DNA of 22,551 nucleotides from a virus (Duplodnaviria; Heunggongvirae; Uroviricota; Caudoviricetes): IMG/VR virus record IMGVR_UViG_2534681934_000013; one strand, 5' to 3'. Shown piece by piece: positions 16,925 to 22,551 of this stretch (position 1 is its first letter; each line of letters starts with the position of its first letter). The notes under the pieces were generated by a model. It saw only the letters and a program-made list of their open reading frames with translations, ran no database searches and was not told where the DNA came from. The position numbers and the translations under genes were made by a program.

Positions 16925-17014
16925 TCACAAACCGCCATTAGCTTATCAGGAAGAGCAGACGACACCATAACAGGGTTGTTGGTGCGGGGCCGGGTCCCCG
17001 ATGGCGGTCCATTA

Positions 17015-17091
17015 TCGGTATTCTGCGTTGTTAGCTCAGCCGGACAGAGCAATTGCCTTCTAAGCAATCGGTCAGTGGTTCGACTCCACTA
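17015..17091 (+). tRNA. tRNA-Arg (UCU anticodon; argU/argO-like)
   Basis: 77-nt cloverleaf: acceptor GCGTTGT/ACAACGC, anticodon stem ATTGC/GCAAT with loop CT-TCT-AA, T-loop GGTTCGACTCC, 3' GCCA. Confidence 0.85.
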
Positions 17092-17270
17092 CAACGCGCC
17101 ACACTTATTTTCCAGGCTCGCTTCGGCGGGCCTTTTTTGTATCTGCGCCACGCCCGGCGCATACCAACCACAGAGCCTTTCGGGGGTGAGCTTACGGAGT
17201 GGTCAGTGTGACTTTCTCTGTGGGCAGATCGCTCCCGGGCGTTGGCTCACCCACCCAAAGGAACGTCACG

Positions 17271-17702
17271 ATGTTTGGAATCTTCAAAAAGAAAACCCGC
17301 AGAGCGGCAACGGAAATTAAAAAGTTTGAAAAACGCGATCTGGCACAGGTGGTGATTAACGCCGCATACCTGGTGGCCTGTGCAGATGGTGAATGTGAGG
17401 CATCCGAGAAAGCGAAGATCGAACAGGTACTGCGTAATCAGCCTGCGCTGTCCGCGTTTACGTCAGAAATTAATGCGATTAGCGCAACCATTATCGGTCA
17501 GCTGGATACGAACTTTAAAACTGGTCGTCGTGCGGCGTTACGTGAGATTGAGGATGTGAAACACGATACGCGTGAAGCGGAAGATGTGCTGGATGTGGCG
17601 GTGGCCATTGCGGAGGCAGACGGCGAAATTGAGCCGGAAGAGCGCAAGGTGCTGGAAGAGATTGCCGGTGTTCTGGGTCTTCGTCTGGAGAATCACCTGT
17701 GA
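17271..17702 (+). CDS. TerB-like domain protein (tellurite-resistance TerB family)
   Basis: 143 aa with two helical repeats carrying the ADG motif (LVACADGECEASEKAKIEQVL; AIAEADGEIEPEERKVLEEIAGVLGL); SD AAGGA 7 nt upstream. Confidence 0.6.
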   Translation: MFGIFKKKTRRAATEIKKFEKRDLAQVVINAAYLVACADGECEASEKAKIEQVLRNQPALSAFTSEINAISATIIGQLDTNFKTGRRAALREIEDVKHDTREAEDVLDVAVAIAEADGEIEPEERKVLEEIAGVLGLRLENHL

Positions 17703-17866
17703 CGGTAAAACTGCGCCTGGCTGTGGCTGCACTCCTGCTGTTTCTGGTGGTGATGGTGGATTTCACCAGCAGAATCATGTCGGTGCTGGCGGATGGGGTG
17801 CTGGTCTGCGGCATTGTGGTATTGCTGTGGCCGGTGATAAAAAGAAACAGCCTGCATAATGCTTGA
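17699..17866 (+). CDS. small membrane protein (55 aa, two predicted TM helices)
   Basis: GTG overlaps the TerB-like stop (GTGA); LRLAVAALLLFLVVMV and VLVCGIVVLLWPVI hydrophobic segments. Below the ORF-track cutoff. Confidence 0.3.
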   Translation: MTVKLRLAVAALLLFLVVMVDFTSRIMSVLADGVLVCGIVVLLWPVIKRNSLHNA

Positions 17867-18067
17867 TTTTTTTGTTTGCTGTTTATTAAAAACACTTCTG
17901 CATGGTGAATCCCCCTGTGCGGAGGGGCGATCAGCAACCAGGTATATGGGATAATCGCGGATTCAGGTGCTGATACTGAATTCACCGGGAGGCACCCGGC
18001 ACCATGCTTTGCCACAAAAGTGTTGTTTCTGTTTTTCTCAAACTATCATCGTTATCCCTTTATTTCC

Positions 18068-18093
18068 GGCTGCGCATGGCGCGGCTTTTTTTT
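18068..18093 (+). terminator. putative intrinsic terminator upstream of the nanS-like gene
   Basis: GC-rich imperfect hairpin (ggctgcgc-atg-gcgcggc) followed by a T8 run. Confidence 0.4.
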
Positions 18094-18179
18094 ACGACCA
18101 GCCACTGGCAGATGGTCATCCTGTGATTTGATTCCGGTTCCGGCTTTTTAACTCTGTTCCTGTACACGGGAGAAATTCG

Positions 18180-20030
18180 ATGTCGATTAAACATTATGAT
18201 GTTGTCAGGGCGGCGTCGCCGTCAGACCTTGCGGAAAAGCTGACACACAAACTGAAAGAGGGCTGGCAGCCGTTTGGTAGTCCGGTGGCCATAACCCCTT
18301 ATACCCTGATGCAGGCGATTACAGCAGAAGGTGATGTGGTGGTCAGTGGTGCAACTGAGCCGGATTGGTACTACGTCATCGTACTGGCCGGGCAGTCCAA
18401 TGCCATGGCTTACGGTGAAGGGCTTCCGCTGCCGGATTCATACGATGCTCCGGATCCGCGCATTAAACAGCTGGCGCGCCGCAGTACAGTGACGCCGGGT
18501 GGGGCTGCCTGCAGATATAACGATATTATTCCGGCCGACCACTGCCTGCATGATGTGCAGGATATGAGTACGCTGAATCATCCGAAGGCAGACCTGAGCA
18601 AAGGGCAGTACGGCTGTGTCGGCCAGGGGTTACATATTGCCAAAAAACTGCTCCCGTATATCCCGAATAACGCGGGGATCCTGCTGGTACCATGCTGTCG
18701 TGGTGGTTCGGCATTTACCCAGGGCGCGGAGGGGATATTCAGCGAGTCCACGGGGGCCAGCCAGGATTCGGCGCGCTGGGGTGTGGGTAAACCGTTATAT
18801 CAGGACCTGATTGCGCGCACCAAAGCTGCATTACAGAAGAACCCGAAAAATGTGTTGCTGGCGGTGTGCTGGATGCAGGGAGAGTTTGACATGAGCGCCG
18901 CCACCCACGCACAGCAACCTGCGCTGTTTACAGCCATGCTGACACAGTTTCGTGCTGACCTCTCCGTGTTTAACGCGCAGTGCCATGGTGGCAGTGCTGC
19001 AGATGTGCCGTGGATTTGTGGTGACACGACGTATTACTGGAAAAATACATACGCTACCCAGTACGACACCGTGTACGGCGGGTATAAAAACAGGGAGAGT
19101 GAGGGCGTTTATTTTGTGCCCTTCATGACAGACGGTAACGGCGTCAATACCGCCACTAACGCGCCGGCAGAAGATCCGGATATTCCGGCATCAGGATATT
19201 ACGGTGCGGCATCGAGAACGAATGGAAACCAGGTATCATCAAACCGCCCGACACATTTCAGTTCATGGGCGCGCAGGAGCATTATTCCGGATCGTCTGGC
19301 AACCGCTATTCTGAACGCAGCCGGGCGCACCTCAGCCTTCATCAGTGGTAAGGCACCGGAAATCAAACCCTCGCCCGGCGGCAACACGCCATCGGGTCCG
19401 TCTGCAGATACGTCCGTTCGCACAATCTCCCTGCTGCCGGCAGCCGGAGAGGCTGCTGCGCAGGGCTGGAGCATTAAGGATGGCGGAATTCAGTTGTCAG
19501 ATGGTGTATTTAAGATCACCAGGCAGAGCAATAAAACCTGGTCCCTGACGCATCCGGTGGATGACGCAATTACCCTGCTGACACAGGGCGGCAGACTGAC
19601 CTGTAAGTTCCGCCTGTCAGGCGCACTGACCAACAATCAGTTCGGGCTGGGGATTTATCTGTATACGGATGCTCCCGTTCCTGATGGTGTGGCGATGACG
19701 GGTACCGGTAATCCGTTCCTGATGTCGTACTTCACTCAGACCACTGACGGCAGAGTGAATCTGATGCATCACAGGAAAGCCGGAAACACGAAGCTGGGGG
19801 AGTTCGGCGATTACGGTAACGACTGGCAGACGCTGGAGCTGGTGTTCACCGCCGGCAGTGCCACGGTTACTCCGAAACTGAATGGAGTGGCTGGCCCGGC
19901 ATTCCAGGTTATAAAAGACAGTCTGACACTGGGACTGAATGCGCTGACGCTGACGGATGTTACAAAAAATGCAGCGTATGGCGTTGAGATAGAAAGTCTG
20001 ATGCTGGAGATAAATGCACCGGCAGCATAA
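18180..20030 (+). CDS. nanS: NanS-p-like prophage sialate O-acetylesterase (N-terminal DUF1737-like, SGNH/SASA esterase core, C-terminal lectin-like region)
   Basis: 616 aa; esterase block VIVLAGQSNAMAYG (the GQSN motif of the SASA family); large size and position between the tRNAs and the lysis cassette match the gene downstream of stx in Stx phages. Confidence 0.7.
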   Translation: MSIKHYDVVRAASPSDLAEKLTHKLKEGWQPFGSPVAITPYTLMQAITAEGDVVVSGATEPDWYYVIVLAGQSNAMAYGEGLPLPDSYDAPDPRIKQLARRSTVTPGGAACRYNDIIPADHCLHDVQDMSTLNHPKADLSKGQYGCVGQGLHIAKKLLPYIPNNAGILLVPCCRGGSAFTQGAEGIFSESTGASQDSARWGVGKPLYQDLIARTKAALQKNPKNVLLAVCWMQGEFDMSAATHAQQPALFTAMLTQFRADLSVFNAQCHGGSAADVPWICGDTTYYWKNTYATQYDTVYGGYKNRESEGVYFVPFMTDGNGVNTATNAPAEDPDIPASGYYGAASRTNGNQVSSNRPTHFSSWARRSIIPDRLATAILNAAGRTSAFISGKAPEIKPSPGGNTPSGPSADTSVRTISLLPAAGEAAAQGWSIKDGGIQLSDGVFKITRQSNKTWSLTHPVDDAITLLTQGGRLTCKFRLSGALTNNQFGLGIYLYTDAPVPDGVAMTGTGNPFLMSYFTQTTDGRVNLMHHRKAGNTKLGEFGDYGNDWQTLELVFTAGSATVTPKLNGVAGPAFQVIKDSLTLGLNALTLTDVTKNAAYGVEIESLMLEINAPAA

Positions 20031-20032
20031 TA

Positions 20033-20320
20033 AAAAAGCCAGCGACTGACCTGAAAGAAGACGCTGGCTAAAAGGCCTTATATGTTTGTAGAGACTTATT
20101 TTTCACAGACAGCAATGATGCCTGTCAATATATTATCAATATGCGGATTGTTTCAGTTACAGATGCTTTATTAAGGAAAAAAACAGCCAGCACTGACTTT
20201 CGGTGGAGAGGTGCTGGCTCAAAAGGATAGATGTACTTCACATGTTGCTTCTATATGGCAGTACATTTTCTGACAGACAGTGACGGATGTTGTCAAGATA
20301 TTGTGTCATTTATAACCTGA
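20033..20320. repeat. two tandem imperfect copies of a ~140-bp unit, each with a long stem-loop
   Basis: Unit 1: aaaagccagcg...cgctggctaaaagg ... ttttcacagacagcaatgatgcctgtcaatatatt. Unit 2: aaacagccagca...tgctggctcaaaagg ... ttttctgacagacagtgacggatgttgtcaagatatt. Confidence 0.4.
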
Positions 20321-20393
20321 ATCGGGGGAGGCCGGAATGTTATCTGGCATTTTTAGCAGAGCCTGAATGCCATAATCACGGCTCCCGGCGTTG

Positions 20394-20430
20394 GCCGTCA
20401 GTGGGTGACACTGGCGGCTTTTTTGTTTTC
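20394..20430 (+). terminator. strong intrinsic terminator immediately upstream of the holin
   Basis: gccgtcagtg-ggtga-cactggcggc (10-bp stem with one G-U pair) followed by ttttttgtttt. Confidence 0.55.
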
Positions 20431-20474
20431 CTTTACTTTCATTTTCTGTCGGCGGTGACGGAGACATACATCAG

Positions 20475-20681
20475 ATGGAAAAAATCACAACGGGTGTGTC
20501 ATACACCACGTCAGCGGTGGGGACGGGATACTGGTTACTGCAGCTGCTGGACAAAGTCTCTCCGTCCCAGTGGGTGGCGATAGGCGTGCTGGGGAGTCTG
20601 CTGTTTGGGCTGCTGACATATCTGACGAACCTGTATTTCAAGATTAAAGAAGACCGGCGTAAGGCGGCGCGGGGAGAGTAA
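20475..20681 (+). CDS. S: class II holin / pinholin (phage 21 S21-like)
   Basis: 68 aa [68 protein letters not shown], near-identical in pattern to S21 as recalled. No in-frame upstream start, so no longer N-terminal (antiholin) form. Confidence 0.8.
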   Translation: MEKITTGVSYTTSAVGTGYWLLQLLDKVSPSQWVAIGVLGSLLFGLLTYLTNLYFKIKEDRRKAARGE

Positions 20682-20750
20682 AGTGATAGAAGAAAAATCG
20701 AACTGGTTGTTAAAGGGATAAATAATTACCCGGATAAGATTACTGTTACT

Positions 20751-21029
20751 GTGGCACTGGAAATTGGTGGGTATCCGACACTGTTGTTGCCAGATGTGGC
20801 GATTAGTCTTGACCGTACTGAAGGTGCCACGCTGGAGTTTTACGAAGCTGAGGCGAAAAAGCAGGCGAAGCAGTTTTTCATGGATGTTGCTGCCGGGTTA
20901 TGTGAAGGGGATGGTCCGTTACCGGAAAAGCGTCCCGTAATTTTAGAGGCGCAGGATGTGTTGATAACCTACAGAGGAAAACTACCGGGAATAATTACGG
21001 GTTCTCTGAAGACTCCACCGCTGGCCTGA
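20751..21029 (+). CDS. hypothetical lysis-module protein (start uncertain)
   Basis: The frame is open from directly after the holin stop (20682) but has no canonical start until GTG 20751; the upstream in-frame peptide (IELVVKGINNYPDKITVTV) looks protein-like. Confidence 0.35.
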   Translation: MALEIGGYPTLLLPDVAISLDRTEGATLEFYEAEAKKQAKQFFMDVAAGLCEGDGPLPEKRPVILEAQDVLITYRGKLPGIITGSLKTPPLA

Positions 21030-21079
21030 AGACTTAACATATCCAGGGATTTGAAATCGATAAACCCTGATAAATATCC

Positions 21080-21612
21080 ATGAACGCAAAAATCAGATAC
21101 GGCCTGTCGGCTGCCGTTCTGGCGCTGATTGGTGCAGGGGCGTCTGCGCCTGAAATCCTCGACCAGTTTCTGGATGAAAAGGAGGTAACCACACCACAGC
21201 ATACCGTGATGGTGCGGGTATCTGGACCATCTGCCGTGGAGCCACCCGGGTGGATGGTAAGCCTGTTATTCCTGGCATGAAGCTGTCGAAGGAAAAATGC
21301 GACCGGGTTAACGCCATTGAGCGTGATAAGGCGCTGGCATGGGTGGAGAAAAACATCAGAGTGCCGCTGACCGAACCCCAGAAAGCGGGGATCGCGTCAT
21401 TCTGTCCGTACAACATTGGCCCCGGTAAGTGTTTCCCGTCGACGTTTTACAGACGGATTAATGCAGGAGATCGAAAAGGTGCCTGCGAAGCGATTCGCTG
21501 GTGGATTAAGGACGGTGGCAGGGACTGCCGTATTCGCTCAAATAACTGTTACGGTCAGGTATCCCGTCGTGACCAGGAGAGCGCGCTGGCGTGCTGGGGA
21601 ATCGACAGATAA
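21080..21612 (+). pseudogene. R: SAR endolysin (T4-lysozyme-like, GH24), frameshifted at the catalytic motif
   Basis: N-terminal SAR-like segment (GLSAAVLALIGAGASA) in one frame; the next frame continues with ...GGNHTTAYRDGAGIWTICRGAT...KLSKEKCDRVNAIERDKALAWVEKNI... (the lysozyme E-G-x-Y-x-D-G-x-TIG motif). The frame change is at the G-run 21181-21185. Confidence 0.7.
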
Positions 21613-21882
21613 GCAGAATATTTTGCTGAAAAATGAGGTTTGCTTACATGGACGGATAACACGAAATCCTGCAAATTGGCAAAATGTAAGTGAATAAAGT
21701 CAAAACAGTTGTTTAACACTCAGGCACCGTAATGATGCCTTTGTCATTTCTGCGCATCTCACGCGCATCTCACAACACAGAACCTTTCAGGATGACCCTT
21801 GAGGATACCGGTTTGGCTGTCGGTGCCTTTCTGTGGGCTGGATTCCTGTGAGACAAGGTTCATCACTAAAAGGAAATAACCG

Positions 21883-22452
21883 ATGAATATGATGGCCGTG
21901 CCGTTTCACGGCAACTCTCTTTATGTAGTTAACCATAATGGCGAACCATACGTTCCCATGAAACCTGTCGTTGCGGGGATGGGGCTGGCCTGGCAATCAC
22001 AGTTGGCTAAGTTAAGACAGCGTTTTGCGTCAACTATAACGGAAATCGTTATGGTTGCTGAGGATGGGAAACAACGCAATATGGTGTCCATGCCACTTCG
22101 AAAACTTGCCGGCTGGCTACAAACCATTAATCCCAACAAAGTAAAACCCGAAATCCGCGATAAGGTCATCCGGTATCAGGAAGAGTGCGACGATGTTCTT
22201 TACGAGTACTGGACGAAGGGTTTTGTCGTTAATCCCCGTAAAATGAGCGTGATGGAAGAACTCAACCAGGCTTGTGCTGACATGAAACGGGATAAAAACA
22301 TTGCCAGTGTGTTTGCTACCGGGCTGAATGAGTGGAAACAGGTTAAAGCCGCGCATGTATCAAAAATCCGTACGCTGGTAAATGAAGCGAATATGCTGAT
22401 TGATTTTGTCCTGGCTGATACAGGCAAAGGGAAAATAACAAAGGCGGATTGA
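21883..22452 (+). CDS. ant: phage antirepressor (AntA/KilAC-type)
   Basis: 189 aa; N-terminal MNMMAVPFHGNSLYVVNHNGEPYVPMKPVVAGMGLAWQSQLAKL resembles the AntA N-terminal domain; SD aaaggaaa. Confidence 0.6.
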   Translation: MNMMAVPFHGNSLYVVNHNGEPYVPMKPVVAGMGLAWQSQLAKLRQRFASTITEIVMVAEDGKQRNMVSMPLRKLAGWLQTINPNKVKPEIRDKVIRYQEECDDVLYEYWTKGFVVNPRKMSVMEELNQACADMKRDKNIASVFATGLNEWKQVKAAHVSKIRTLVNEANMLIDFVLADTGKGKITKAD

Positions 22453-22551
22453 TGGGGTGGCTAATGATATCAGATAAACTCATAACGCTGGTGAAGAGCC
22501 TCTGTGTACTTGTCGGCATTTCATTTTTAGTCATGCTGGTTGCCATTTTCT
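22452..22551 (+). CDS. Rz: Rz-like i-spanin, 5' portion only (runs off window end)
   Basis: ATG overlaps the ant stop (ATGA); N-terminal TM segment LVKSLCVLVGISFLVMLVAIF; expected position after the endolysin/ant. Confidence 0.4.
   Translation, partial: MGWLMISDKLITLVKSLCVLVGISFLVMLVAIF

Noticed and set aside
16925-17014. A third tRNA between the two tRNAs, by analogy with ileZ-argN-argO
   Set aside because: No T-loop consensus (GTTCRANYC) or acceptor-stem pairing could be found in the 90-nt spacer.
17092-18179. Shiga toxin genes stxA/stxB at the canonical position
   Set aside because: No ORF of the expected sizes (about 320 and 90 aa) with signal peptides is present; the interval encodes a TerB-like protein and a small membrane protein instead.
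21416-21697. + strand ORF 21416-21697 (93 aa)
   Set aside because: Alternate frame overlapping the 3' half of the endolysin; Arg-rich translation with no start context.
1-22551. Integrase, excisionase, attachment site or IS transposase
   Set aside because: No ORF shows tyrosine or serine recombinase or DDE transposase motifs, and the tRNAs are internal to the late region rather than at an end; prophage boundaries are probably outside this window.

Overview
This 22.5-kb window reads as a mosaic, partly decayed lambdoid prophage of an enterobacterial (E. coli-like) host, almost entirely on the + strand. All identifications rest on six-frame translations and motifs; no database search was run. 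(1) 1-6755: a lambda-like tail module (G, G-T with an in-phase A_AAA_AAG -1 frameshift heptamer, tape measure H, M, L, J). H carries two frame breaks, L is 3'-truncated, K and I are missing, and J is frameshifted and loses its C-terminal half. (2) 6816-9763: an immunity/replication module with a minus-strand CI-like repressor, Cro-like and CII/YdaT-like genes, an initiator containing two GTCACG iteron clusters, and a lambda P-like protein. (3) 9797-15550: a nin-like region of translationally coupled small ORFs, a Hok/Gef type I toxin, a YgiW/YdeI-family periplasmic protein, a DUF968-like protein, rusA with an in-frame amber codon, and a putative Q antiterminator. (4) 15627-22551: a Stx-phage-like late region (AraC-family regulator, tRNA-Ile2/Met and tRNA-Arg, NanS-p-like esterase, pinholin, frameshifted SAR endolysin, antirepressor, Rz start), but with no stx genes; the stx position holds a TerB-like protein plus a small membrane protein. 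I found no CRISPR array, integrase, rRNA or IS transposase. The frame breaks sit at homopolymer runs, so sequencing error is not excluded.
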